Of a DNA stretch of 42,914 nucleotides, positions 1 through 8,452 are shown piece after piece. The notes under the pieces were generated by a model that did not search any database, was not told where the DNA came from, and saw only the letters and a list, made by a program, of their open reading frames with translations. The stretch is from positions 1 through 42,914 of IMG/VR virus record IMGVR_UViG_3300017780_004315. One strand, given 5' to 3'. The number at the start of each line of letters is the position of its first letter. Position 1 is the stretch's first letter. The position numbers and the translations under genes are program-made. The stretch comes from a virus. Lineage: Duplodnaviria > Caudoviricetes.

Positions 1-123
1 GAACAAAGATGAAAGAAAGATAATCATCAGAAAGGTGTTGGTGTTCCTCCGCTACCAGTTCTTCCGCTGCTTGCGCTAACTGGAGAGCCGTACTCTCGCC
101 CCGGAAGTCTTACAGACATTGAC
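1..123. repeat. Terminal direct repeat, copy 1 (circular-assembly overlap)
   Basis: 1-123 is identical to 42792-42914, and reading frames continue across the join. Confidence 0.95.
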
Positions 124-641
124 ACAACGAATGTCGTTGTAGTGAACAATAGCAACGAAGACACGTTCGTTGGTGAAGCACTTACCTGAACAACCGGGAA
201 AATAACTGACGCTGCAAGTTGCGTCCCGTTACGGAGTTGCGCAGAGAGCGTTGCAGCATTGATGATGACCGACGCTGCAAGTTGCGTCCCGTTGCGGAGT
301 TGCGCAGAGAGCGTTGCGTTGCTGGCAATGGCAGCCGCTGCAAGTTTTGTACCGTTGCTAAGTTGCGCAGAGAGCGTTGCGGCGTTGATGATGACGGACG
401 CTGCAAGTTTTGTACCGTTGCTGAGTTGCGCAGAAAGCGTTGCGTCGTTGACAACGACAGACGCTGCAAGTTTTGTACCGTTGCTGAGTTGCGCAGCACC
501 TGAGGACACAACAACTACGGTTGCGGAAGCAGGACTGCTTGTTACTCTCGTTAGCGATGCGGAGAGAGAAGTCGTTGCGGAGATAACCGCCGCAACGTTT
601 CTCGGACCCCCGCTCGGCAAGAGCAGGAGAGACAGCGACAC
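27..641 (-). CDS. Ala/Ser/Thr-rich repeat protein, probable virion fibre or decoration component
   Basis: 204 aa from a GTG start abutting the upstream TAA; about 4.6 copies of a 21-aa repeat (AQLSNGTKLAASVIINAATLS); lies in the fibre gene cluster. Confidence 0.7.
   Translation of the reverse strand: MSLSLLLLPSGGPRNVAAVISATTSLSASLTRVTSSPASATVVVVSSGAAQLSNGTKLAASVVVNDATLSAQLSNGTKLAASVIINAATLSAQLSNGTKLAAAAIASNATLSAQLRNGTQLAASVIINAATLSAQLRNGTQLAASVIFPVVQVSASPTNVSSLLLFTTTTFVVSMSVRLPGREYGSPVSASSGRTGSGGTPTPF
208..496. repeat. 63-bp coding tandem repeat, about 4.6 copies
   Basis: Units start at 208, 271, 334, 397 and 460 (gacgctgcaagtt...); the period is a multiple of 3. Confidence 0.95.
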
Positions 642-710
642 TTAGACCCCGCGCTGCCCGGTCGCAGAACCGTTGTCACTGGGCACCCGTTGTGTTACGG
701 GGGTGGTCAC
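642..710 (-). CDS. Micro-ORF, 22 aa (MTTPVTQRVPSDNGSATGQRGV), not in the ORF track
   Basis: GTG overlaps the upstream stop (GTGA, 707-710) and its TAA (642-644) abuts the next GTG at 641, filling the gap exactly. Confidence 0.6.
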   Translation of the reverse strand: MTTPVTQRVPSDNGSATGQRGV

Positions 711-1765
711 GCGGTCTTGCCCACAAGCAAGGCGCTCATGTACGCATAACCGTTTCCGGCAGTGCCAAGAAGCAGCGTAGCCGCGCCGCTGTTATGGTAC
801 GACTGAAAACGCAACTTGTCTAGCGCCGCTAAGTTGAAGAGGAAACTGCCTTGCATACTCGTGTCGCTCACGGCAATAGCGTCTTGGTTTGCGGTGTGAA
901 GAGAACTGTTGCCAGCCACGGAGTCATTTCTGCTGATTCCTACAAGGCGGTCGGCTGTTCCGTTGATCGCGTACGCGCCTCCGTATTGGACGAGGTACAC
1001 GCCAGCCGTCTGAATCTCTATGTAGTTATTTGCGCTGGTCCACATGTTGTCGGTGTCAAAGATTTCTGTCCAGCCAGTAACAAAGTCCCAGACCGTGTTG
1101 CTGAACGACTGTCCACTTGTGCGAGCGATTCTGCACATCGGCGGCACAGTCTGCGCCTGCGGAGACACCCACGCCGTGCCGTTGTAGATCAGCGACTTGC
1201 TGGTATCTGTCTCATAAATCTGCTGCCCAGCGAACGGACTCGCGGGCCGGGTGCTAGAGGTACAGATGATGCTGCCGGTGGTGACGGCGGGCCACTGGGT
1301 CGCTTGGACGATCTTGGATACGCGGAGGAAGGCGGGGGCCGATGTGCCAGCACCCGCTCCATAAGTGCCAGCGCTTATGCTTCCCGCAGCAGGGTTGCCG
1401 TTGACATTTGCGGTGACGGCAAACGTGTGAACACCGGCAGTAGGAGTAGTCCGAAGTTGCAGGGTTTGCCCCGCCGCCGCGTTTGCCCCAGCGTAGTTTG
1501 TGGCCCACCTGTTCTTTAGCGTTCCGTCTTGCGTGATCCCGATGCTTAGGTAACCGCCTGCGGCGTTGTTTGCCCAAAACGGGGCGAAGAACTCAACCAG
1601 CACAGGGCTTCCGTCGCACACCACGGTCAAGGCGGGGATAACAGTAACCGGGCTTGCGTCAGTAGATGATGCAGTAACCGTTACGGCGCTCGTGATCTGC
1701 GAGTACCCCAACTCCACCAGCCCGCCGCTCGCGGTGACCACTTGCGTGTCAGTAAGTACGGTCAC
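707..1765 (-). CDS. Fibre / receptor-binding-like protein
   Basis: Two beta-rich domains joined by a STRPASPFAGQQIYETDT hinge typical of phage fibres; the C-terminal domain looks C1q/TNF-like (IQTAGVYLV). Confidence 0.7.
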   Translation of the reverse strand: MTVLTDTQVVTASGGLVELGYSQITSAVTVTASSTDASPVTVIPALTVVCDGSPVLVEFFAPFWANNAAGGYLSIGITQDGTLKNRWATNYAGANAAAGQTLQLRTTPTAGVHTFAVTANVNGNPAAGSISAGTYGAGAGTSAPAFLRVSKIVQATQWPAVTTGSIICTSSTRPASPFAGQQIYETDTSKSLIYNGTAWVSPQAQTVPPMCRIARTSGQSFSNTVWDFVTGWTEIFDTDNMWTSANNYIEIQTAGVYLVQYGGAYAINGTADRLVGISRNDSVAGNSSLHTANQDAIAVSDTSMQGSFLFNLAALDKLRFQSYHNSGAATLLLGTAGNGYAYMSALLVGKTA

Positions 1766-2871
1766 TAGGCAGCCTTTACTCGGACGGGGGTTGTGCGAAG
1801 CACTCGCTCAAAGAACGTGACGCTGACCGACTGCGGCGACTTCACCTTTGATGTCAGCGTCACGGCGGTGGAAACGGTCTTGCGGTAAGTGCCAACGTGA
1901 GTAGTGTTATATCCGGGAGACGCTGTAATCCCCCATGCGTAGTCCTCATCGGAACCGGCACCTATTTGGACTCCCATCGCGGCAGCCCCGTTGCCAGCGT
2001 ACGACGCGCTGAACGATGCGCTGATGTCGTAGTCGCCGGGCAGCACAATGGAGCGAGTCGGGCCGCTAAGGGCAACGTATGACGCACTTGCTGTGGCAGA
2101 TCCGCCAGCAACAACATCCACAAGCGGAGGCCCCCCAATAAACTTCCACGGGTACGTGCCGCTCGCGTCGTATTGCAGGAGCCAATACACACCGTTCGCG
2201 GCGTCGGCGGCGTAGGTCACCTGATCCCCGAACGACGGGGACACCGGGAGCGTGGTGACAATCGGCGGGGTCCACGAAGCGGTCATACCGCCTCTAGGTA
2301 CGTCGTCCGACCACTTGATGATGTAGTTGACGACGACGAAGGGGGGGACCACGGCGTGACGACCGCCGCCGCCAGTGTTCTGGGCAGCACTACTATCTGT
2401 TGAGGTAGTTCCGTTGTCCAGTTGTCCCTGTGCAACGGTGCCGCCTGATGAACCGTGCCGGTGATCTGCCGGATTGTCCGAGTATCGAATGTTCATAGTG
2501 TGATTGTGCGAAGGCATTTCTGCCGACGTCAGCAGGTGTGTCTCCTCACCGCCCCAAGCGCCACGGGTGCGAGCCGTCATCGCGGTACCAGCAAGGATCG
2601 CTCCGCTGCCGGATGCGTTCAGTTGGTTACCAGTACCCGCGCCCATCGGGACGCGGCCCCGAAGGTCCGGCACGTTGAACGTGGTGGACCCGTCGCCCAC
2701 GCCGAACGTGGTGGACACGACCGAGAACAGCGACGAGTACGTGGTGCGGGAGACAGCGGTGCCGTCACACAGCAACCAGCCGTTCGGGGCCGAGGAGCCT
2801 GCGAACGCCTGCACTGACCCCGCTGGTACAGCCGGGACAGCGGTAACGAACGCCCCACCGACCTGCGACAT
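1765..2871 (-). CDS. Tail-collar-domain fibre protein
   Basis: PAGSVQAFAGSSAPNGWLLCDG...TTFNVPDLRGRVPMGAG and GGEETHLLTSAEMPSHNH...PPFVVVNYIIK are the phage tail collar signature. Confidence 0.9.
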   Translation of the reverse strand: MSQVGGAFVTAVPAVPAGSVQAFAGSSAPNGWLLCDGTAVSRTTYSSLFSVVSTTFGVGDGSTTFNVPDLRGRVPMGAGTGNQLNASGSGAILAGTAMTARTRGAWGGEETHLLTSAEMPSHNHTMNIRYSDNPADHRHGSSGGTVAQGQLDNGTTSTDSSAAQNTGGGGRHAVVPPFVVVNYIIKWSDDVPRGGMTASWTPPIVTTLPVSPSFGDQVTYAADAANGVYWLLQYDASGTYPWKFIGGPPLVDVVAGGSATASASYVALSGPTRSIVLPGDYDISASFSASYAGNGAAAMGVQIGAGSDEDYAWGITASPGYNTTHVGTYRKTVSTAVTLTSKVKSPQSVSVTFFERVLRTTPVRVKAA

Positions 2872-3311
2872 CAGTCAGATTCCGTGAAGTAGGAGACCGT
2901 CTGCGTGCCGGTGCCAGCGATTGCAAAGATCGCGGCGGTCGGAGACTTGTCAATCACCACGGTCTGGCCGGGGGCCAACCTAAGCCCGTTATTCGCGGTG
3001 ATCCCCGTTGCGCCGAGGTAGATGTAATCGGTCCCGAGATTCTGGATCGTGGCGGAGCGGCGCGTGGCTGCGAGGGCGAGTACCTGCGCCGCAGTCGTGG
3101 TCACCGACGCGGAGCCGTGGGCGATTACCGAGCCGCGCTCAATGACCGACAGTCCGCTCGTAGAGACAGTTGCCTTCGCCGAGCCGTCAAGCGTACCGTC
3201 CATGATCTTGACGTACTGGACCTTGACGGTTCCGAGCGTTGCGTCAACTACCTCGTCGGCAGCAACAGTATTGCCGCCAGACATTGTGTTGAGCGTGACG
3301 TTATCTGCCAT
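2871..3311 (-). CDS. Virion structural protein
   Basis: 146 aa, coupled to its neighbours; its C-terminal beta domain resembles 3733..4014. Confidence 0.7.
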   Translation of the reverse strand: MADNVTLNTMSGGNTVAADEVVDATLGTVKVQYVKIMDGTLDGSAKATVSTSGLSVIERGSVIAHGSASVTTTAAQVLALAATRRSATIQNLGTDYIYLGATGITANNGLRLAPGQTVVIDKSPTAAIFAIAGTGTQTVSYFTESD

Positions 3312-3319
3312 TGCGTACC

Positions 3320-3733
3320 TTAGGTAATCGTGATGTCGAGGTCACCCGGCTGGAACAGCACGGTGTCGTACGTTGAGACGGCAACAGAAGTTGTTAGCGA
3401 GGCGTACGCAATCAGGTTACCGGCAGTCGCTGCGTCACAGATTCCAACGTACGTAACCGTGCCCCATGCAGCAGTTGCCATTGGGAACGCAAGAAGGTTC
3501 GTGTTCTGCGTTGCGCCAGCAGTCGGCAGGTCAAAGTTTGACGAACTGTTCGTGAGAGTTACGCGAGCGTACGAACCACCCGACGGCTCACCGGCAGTCG
3601 ATCCAGTCGATGCGTCAGTAAGCGTTGCGGTCCACAGCCCGACGTAATACGTTGTTGCGTTTGTGTACGCACGGCTACCAAAGACGTACCCAAGAATCTG
3701 ATCCTCGAAGTAATCAGAAAGACCAGACGGCAT
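3320..3733 (-). CDS. Conserved small structural / fibre-associated protein
   Basis: LSDYFEDQIL...YVGLWTA...EPSGGSYARVT...FPMATAAWGTVTYVGICDAATAGNL is a widespread phage structural family motif. Confidence 0.8.
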   Translation of the reverse strand: MPSGLSDYFEDQILGYVFGSRAYTNATTYYVGLWTATLTDASTGSTAGEPSGGSYARVTLTNSSSNFDLPTAGATQNTNLLAFPMATAAWGTVTYVGICDAATAGNLIAYASLTTSVAVSTYDTVLFQPGDLDITIT

Positions 3734-4014
3734 CAGTCAGTCCCCGCAAGAACGCGAACCGTGTTGGTCCCCGCCGAGTTGATTGCGTAGATTGCTCCGC
3801 TCAGCGAAACATCTCCAACGTGCGCCTCTACAAGTTCGATCCGCTCGCCGGGGGCAAGGTCGTATCCCGCCGCTACGGTAACCCCGGAGTCGCCGATGTA
3901 CGTTGTTCCTGAGCCAGAGAAGTTGTGCACGTAAACGCGACGACGGCGTGGGTCCATCGGGGCAATCTCAACTGCACTTGTAGTGACAGAGACTACCGTT
4001 GAGGTCAAGGGCAT
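3733..4014 (-). CDS. Small beta-sandwich virion protein
   Basis: VSVTTSA...RRRVYVHN...YIGDSGVT..GYDLAPGE parallels SVTTTA...RRSATIQN...YLGATGIT..GLRLAPGQ in 2871..3311. Confidence 0.7.
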   Translation of the reverse strand: MPLTSTVVSVTTSAVEIAPMDPRRRRVYVHNFSGSGTTYIGDSGVTVAAGYDLAPGERIELVEAHVGDVSLSGAIYAINSAGTNTVRVLAGTD

Positions 4015-4269
4015 CTAGTTGTCCTCCTCGGACAAGATCATCTGAAGGTCTTCGTCCCACGGAAGGGGCGGAAGGGAAACGTCGTCATCGTCGTTACCCG
4101 CAGGTATGTTATCGAACGTTTCTGATATCGCACGAATACGCGCAGCATCGGGAGCCTGAATCCGCGTAAGAAGAAGATCGCGTTCTTTCTGCCCCATGTA
4201 GAACACGAAGCACGCAACGCCAGCGTTGATCGCTGAAACGATCCCAAGAATGATGACGGCAGCGATCAC
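4015..4269 (-). CDS. Small membrane protein
   Basis: GTG at 4269 overlaps the upstream TGA; hydrophobic N-terminal helix (IAAVIILGIVSAINAGVACFVF) and acidic tail. Confidence 0.7.
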   Translation of the reverse strand: MIAAVIILGIVSAINAGVACFVFYMGQKERDLLLTRIQAPDAARIRAISETFDNIPAGNDDDDVSLPPLPWDEDLQMILSEEDN

Positions 4270-4670
4270 GGGAGTCTGTACTCCCTGCTCTTCTTTGGCT
4301 TCAGCAAAAGATAACGAACGGCAAACTCTAGGTCGCGGTTCTGCGATGGGTCGCTTTTGCGTGCCCACTTGTGCGTAGCCTTGAATCTTTCCATTGCGTA
4401 CGCAACCTCAGCAGCCGGTGGTTTCTTGTCAGGGGCAGCGTTATACGAGGCGTACGCGTTTTGCAGGAACTTACCGGCTCGCTTTGGTGCAGGGATTCTT
4501 CCAAGCGCGTCGGCAACCTGCGGCTCTCGTGGGTTCCGTACTGTATATCCCGTTGCTGGCGCAGCGGTGTTCTTTCCCACCGGAGCAGGACTCTGCGGCT
4601 TCTGCTGCTGAGGGTTAGAAGGCAACGGCCTGTTCTTTAGTGCTGCGCGGATTACTGCGTTGATGTTCAT
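4266..4670 (-). CDS. Basic hypothetical protein
   Basis: 134 aa, K/R/P-rich, TAATG-coupled to the upstream gene. Confidence 0.7.
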   Translation of the reverse strand: MNINAVIRAALKNRPLPSNPQQQKPQSPAPVGKNTAAPATGYTVRNPREPQVADALGRIPAPKRAGKFLQNAYASYNAAPDKKPPAAEVAYAMERFKATHKWARKSDPSQNRDLEFAVRYLLLKPKKSREYRLP

Positions 4671-7042
4671 TACTTTTTCCCTGCTGTGTATTTACGGGCA
4701 ATGTCGGCCCAACTTGTCGCGCCCTTGAACTGCGATCCTGCGCGTCGTCCTTGATACACGGCCTGTGCCTTGATTGCGGTCTTTACGTCTGCCGAGAACT
4801 TCTTTGGGTGAGCCTTTGCGTACCACGTGTTGCTCTCGCCAGCGCGGTCAACCGGGACACCTGCCGCTGAGAGCGGGTCAGCGCCAGAGCCTACGGCAGC
4901 AATGGTAAGTGGGAGCGAAAGAATCCCGCCAGCCTTTGCAGCGCCAAGGGAGAACCGACCAATCTGGCCGAGGCGTCCTCCCTTTTGCGTAATGGCCCTA
5001 GAACCCTGCCACCCTGTCGTCTGCAAAAACGGCTTTTCGTTCTTGTTTGCAAAGTCCAAGATTGCTTTGTTATCTACAGGGTTCTTATTTTTCTTGGGGT
5101 CAAACGGGAGGTTGAGTTGCCTACCAGACCGGTGCTCAACGACAGTTTCGCTGCGGTTTGGACCTTGCCAAAGTCTGAAGTTCCTGTCACTGCCAACAAC
5201 TGTTGCGCCCTTGCCTGTCATGTGGGGCTGGCCGCTACGAGGGTTGTCGGGAGTTCCGGGGAACATACGAGTTGTTGCTTCCCGCTTTCCAACGTCTGAG
5301 TACGGCCCGGAGTCCAAAACAAACACGCCAGCAGCGTTACGCGAGTGCTTAGGACGCTGGTCGTCCCCCGTCCTGCCCTTCATGCCCTCCCTGACCAGTG
5401 TCCGGTGCGCCTCTGGGCTGTCGTTGTAAGGCTTGCTTTTCAGCCCGTACTGCTTTTGGCCAACCATTGGATCGAACGTACGAACCTGCGGCTTGAACGT
5501 GCTTACAAATCCACCGCTCGGTGCCTTCGGGCCAGCGGGCTTGCTCGGGGATGGGGCGGCGTTGCCGCCAGCAGCATTTGCAGCCCTACGCGCCTCTCGC
5601 TCACGCGCTTGATTCTCTGCGTGAATACGACGGTTCTCGGCGCTCTTTGCGTCCTTCGCTGCTTTCCGCTCTGCTGCGGTGAGACTTGTCTTCGGCGCTG
5701 AAACCTTCTCTACCGCAGCAGGGGACGGCGCGGTGGGGAAACGCTTGCTTTGCGATTTTTGGAACTTGACTGTCGGCTCATGGTACGGAATCGGTCCTCT
5801 TGGCGTGGGGTTGCCCATCTTTACTGCAAAGTCATATTGTACTTTATGAGCACGGCGCGACTTGTTCGCATCGATGTACTCCTGCGGCGTGGTGACTACT
5901 CCCCGGTGCTGGGCGTTTGCCCCGCCAGCAAGCGTTCGGCCACGGACGCTTGTGTTGTACGGCGCTGAAACCTTCTCTACCGCAGCAGGGGACGGCGGCT
6001 TCGCGGAAGTCGGTGCCTTTGTCTTGTTCTTCGGCTCAACCTTCTTCTTCTCAGCACGCTTTGCTGCGTTATCCGCAGCGTGCTCTGCTACGTGGCGGGC
6101 CGTCGTCTGAGCGCGTGTCTCGCCTTCAAGTTTGCCGGGCTGGAACGCACGCGCAGTCATCTCTGGCGCTTTGATCTCAACGGTCGTTGCGGCGGGAGCC
6201 TTTGGCTTTGCCGCAGCCTTTGGCTTTGCCGCAGCCTTTGGCTTTGCCGCAGCCTTCGGCTTTGCCGCAGTCATCTCTGGCACTTTGATATCAACGGTCG
6301 TTGCGGCCGCAGCCTTCGGCTTTGCCGCAGCCTTCGGCTTTGCCGCAGCCTTTGGTGCAGGAGTCTCCTTGGGGGTGGGGACGGCGAACCTCGCAGCAAG
6401 GCTCTTCTTCATGCTGTAGCCGGTCTGAGTCAAGGCGGGCTTCGCGGGGGCGGGAGCCTTTCCGACCATCGGGTCAAACGTGCGGGCCTGCGGCTTGTAG
6501 TCGCTTGCGAACGGTGCGGGTGCGGCCGGTGCACCAACTTTTCTTCTTGGTGTACGGACTTCTTTTCTCTTGGGAACGCCACCCTTAGGCGACGCTGGAG
6601 ACCCGCTGTAGTCCGCCTTTGTCGGGTCAAAGTTCAGGTCAAAGATTGTTCTTGCTGTATCGCGGACAAGGCGTCGTTCGTTCTTGGGAAAGTTTACCGA
6701 GGCTCTGACTTGGTTGATCGAAGCGTCTGGGTTAGTGACACGAGGAGACTTAGCAGGTCTAGACCGGGCAACTTCCCTTTTCGGTCCCTTTGTCCCGGTG
6801 TTGAAAACAACGTCCACGCCGGTGGTTTTCGGAGCGCGTGTTGCGCCTTCGGGTGCCATTGCAGCCTTGCGTGCGCTGCGACGGTTGAGAAACTTCTTTC
6901 CTGCGTACAACCCCACGACGCCGACAAGAGCCTCAGTCGCGCCGGTCTTGGTCTGGACAAACGGCGGAGTTGACCGAAAGTCGCTTAGCCATTCGTTGCC
7001 TGAGTGAAGCCACGACCTCTTCGGGGGTACCGGTGTCGCCAC
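4670..7042 (-). CDS. Large Lys/Ala/Pro-rich, probably disordered protein with histone-H1-like AAKPK repeats
   Basis: 790 aa ORF coupled on both sides; (AAAKPK)n tracts, internal duplications and a hydrophobic Gly-rich segment near the C-terminus. Confidence 0.75.
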   Translation of the reverse strand: MATPVPPKRSWLHSGNEWLSDFRSTPPFVQTKTGATEALVGVVGLYAGKKFLNRRSARKAAMAPEGATRAPKTTGVDVVFNTGTKGPKREVARSRPAKSPRVTNPDASINQVRASVNFPKNERRLVRDTARTIFDLNFDPTKADYSGSPASPKGGVPKRKEVRTPRRKVGAPAAPAPFASDYKPQARTFDPMVGKAPAPAKPALTQTGYSMKKSLAARFAVPTPKETPAPKAAAKPKAAAKPKAAAATTVDIKVPEMTAAKPKAAAKPKAAAKPKAAAKPKAPAATTVEIKAPEMTARAFQPGKLEGETRAQTTARHVAEHAADNAAKRAEKKKVEPKNKTKAPTSAKPPSPAAVEKVSAPYNTSVRGRTLAGGANAQHRGVVTTPQEYIDANKSRRAHKVQYDFAVKMGNPTPRGPIPYHEPTVKFQKSQSKRFPTAPSPAAVEKVSAPKTSLTAAERKAAKDAKSAENRRIHAENQAREREARRAANAAGGNAAPSPSKPAGPKAPSGGFVSTFKPQVRTFDPMVGQKQYGLKSKPYNDSPEAHRTLVREGMKGRTGDDQRPKHSRNAAGVFVLDSGPYSDVGKREATTRMFPGTPDNPRSGQPHMTGKGATVVGSDRNFRLWQGPNRSETVVEHRSGRQLNLPFDPKKNKNPVDNKAILDFANKNEKPFLQTTGWQGSRAITQKGGRLGQIGRFSLGAAKAGGILSLPLTIAAVGSGADPLSAAGVPVDRAGESNTWYAKAHPKKFSADVKTAIKAQAVYQGRRAGSQFKGATSWADIARKYTAGKK
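5693..5997. repeat. 38-bp exact direct repeat inside the 790-aa gene
   Basis: cggcgctgaaaccttctctaccgcagcaggggacggcg occurs at 5693-5730 and 5960-5997 (PSPAAVEKVSAP). Confidence 0.9.
6153..6353. repeat. 18-bp tandem units (AAAKPK) nested in a 114-bp duplication
   Basis: Repeated gcctt(t/c)ggctttgccgca; gcagtcatctctggc.ctttgat.tcaacggtcgttgcggc occurs at 6153 and 6267. Confidence 0.9.
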
Positions 7043-7207
7043 TTACTTCTTCTTCTTCGCAAACTTCTTTTCGCGCACCATCTTCAAGAAGTCGGCGCGA
7101 GACATCTTCTTGCCCTTCGTCGGCTTCTTCTTACCACCGACGTAAGTGTTCTTACCGAACGGGTTCTCTTTCTTACCCGACGGGTCTTTGTCCTTGTTAT
7201 CGTGCAT
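7043..7207 (-). CDS. Very Lys-rich small protein (54 aa)
   Basis: ATG at 7207; MHDNKDKDPSGKKENPF...KKFAKKKK; its stop abuts the next GTG. Confidence 0.65.
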   Translation of the reverse strand: MHDNKDKDPSGKKENPFGKNTYVGGKKKPTKGKKMSRADFLKMVREKKFAKKKK

Positions 7208-7217
7208 GGCGGTTAGT

Positions 7218-7526
7218 TTACACGCCTTTCTTTCTTGCGAGTGCTTTTGCATAGATACGTCGCGCTGCCGCTTCGTTTGACGGGACTGCTTCTCCCCACG
7301 CTGATGCGGTAAGCGCAAGACGCGTCGGCTGGCCGTTTGGCTTCTTCATCGGAGGCAAGGGACTCTGCCCATAGAACCGTGAGGCCCACGAAATCCAACG
7401 CTTCTTATCTGCGTCAGACGCAGACGAGTAGTTCTTGACGCCGGGCTTCAGGTTCGCGCCCTCCGTTCGCTTGAAGTGAGCGCGTCCTGCTGCGGTAAGC
7501 CCACCTTGCGGGTCTTTGTACGGCAT
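7218..7526 (-). CDS. DUF6321-like basic phage protein
   Basis: KDPQGGLTAAGRAHFKRTEGANLKPGVK...NGQPTRLALTASAWG matches this family from memory. Confidence 0.75.
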   Translation of the reverse strand: MPYKDPQGGLTAAGRAHFKRTEGANLKPGVKNYSSASDADKKRWISWASRFYGQSPLPPMKKPNGQPTRLALTASAWGEAVPSNEAAARRIYAKALARKKGV

Positions 7527-8449
7527 TACCCCCGTCCTATGTATCGCGTGCGAAAGCCGGGAGCAGGAGGCACTAGATCCATGATTGATCCACCCCTTGC
7601 AAGGTGAAGGATTCCGGGGAGAAAGCCAAGTGCGCCAGTTCCCTTCAGGATAGACGACGCAAGGCGACCAGCAATACGAGGAGGGGACGTTGTGCCAGAG
7701 GGCTTGGGAACAGCGGGGCGCGACTTCGTTCCAATAGCAGGCCGGTACGGAAGCGTGTTCTTTCCTCTGTCTGAGTCAAAGTGCGTCCCTCTTGACTCTT
7801 CAAGACTAGACCTTGCGTTGTTTGTCCAACGAGGCATGTAAGAAGTTCTGTTCATCCCTGTGTAGCCTTTTGCTATATGGCGCTTTACACGTTGGTCACG
7901 AGCGTCTGTGTGCATCCCTGCTGCGGAAGCACCCTGCTCTACAGAGTGTTGTCTGCCCAAATCCCGAACGTTGTATGGGGAACCCTCATCACCGATTGCA
8001 ACGGCGCGTTTCAACGTTTTTGCGCTTGCTTTTCTAAACATTTGGGCACGATTGAACGACTTACCGTCAAGGTGAATCATTCCGGGCTTATTTCCGTACG
8101 ACCGCCCCGTTGTCGAAAAACTTCTCATCTGCCAATCGTTTGTAACCGGCGGGGGGTACATACCTTGACCCGGCTTCACCGGAGGGCGTGGGTTGATACC
8201 GCCCGGTTTATTTGGAAGTCGTTCAAGACCTTCAGGCACAAAGCCCATCTTCAACCTGTTGCGGTAAGCACGCATGTAGTTATTCATATAGAGGGCTGAC
8301 TTACCAGTGATTTCTTTATGAATCTCACCAAGAAAGTTGTTGAACTGCTTCTGGTCACCGATAAGTCCGTACGGGGATTTTTGCGCGATTCTTTTTACAA
8401 AGAATGGGTCGGGGAGGTTGTTGGGGTTCGGCCCTTCGTAAGTCGCCAT
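7526..8449 (-). CDS. Basic hypothetical protein
   Basis: 307 aa, R/K/G/P-rich, with a hydrophobic Gly-rich C-terminal segment; coupled to its neighbours. Confidence 0.7.
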   Translation of the reverse strand: MATYEGPNPNNLPDPFFVKRIAQKSPYGLIGDQKQFNNFLGEIHKEITGKSALYMNNYMRAYRNRLKMGFVPEGLERLPNKPGGINPRPPVKPGQGMYPPPVTNDWQMRSFSTTGRSYGNKPGMIHLDGKSFNRAQMFRKASAKTLKRAVAIGDEGSPYNVRDLGRQHSVEQGASAAGMHTDARDQRVKRHIAKGYTGMNRTSYMPRWTNNARSSLEESRGTHFDSDRGKNTLPYRPAIGTKSRPAVPKPSGTTSPPRIAGRLASSILKGTGALGFLPGILHLARGGSIMDLVPPAPGFRTRYIGRG

Positions 8450-8452
8450 TGC

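Noticed and set aside
1-123. 123-bp terminal repeat as a biological DTR
   Set aside because: It falls inside a coupled operon and cuts coding sequence, as expected for assembler overlap on a circular contig.
208-496. Regular repeats as a CRISPR array
   Set aside because: The units are contiguous 63-bp in-frame coding repeats with no unique spacers, and there is no cas operon.
707-2871. Diversity-generating retroelement acting on fibre genes
   Set aside because: No reverse transcriptase and no TR/VR pair differing at adenines was seen.
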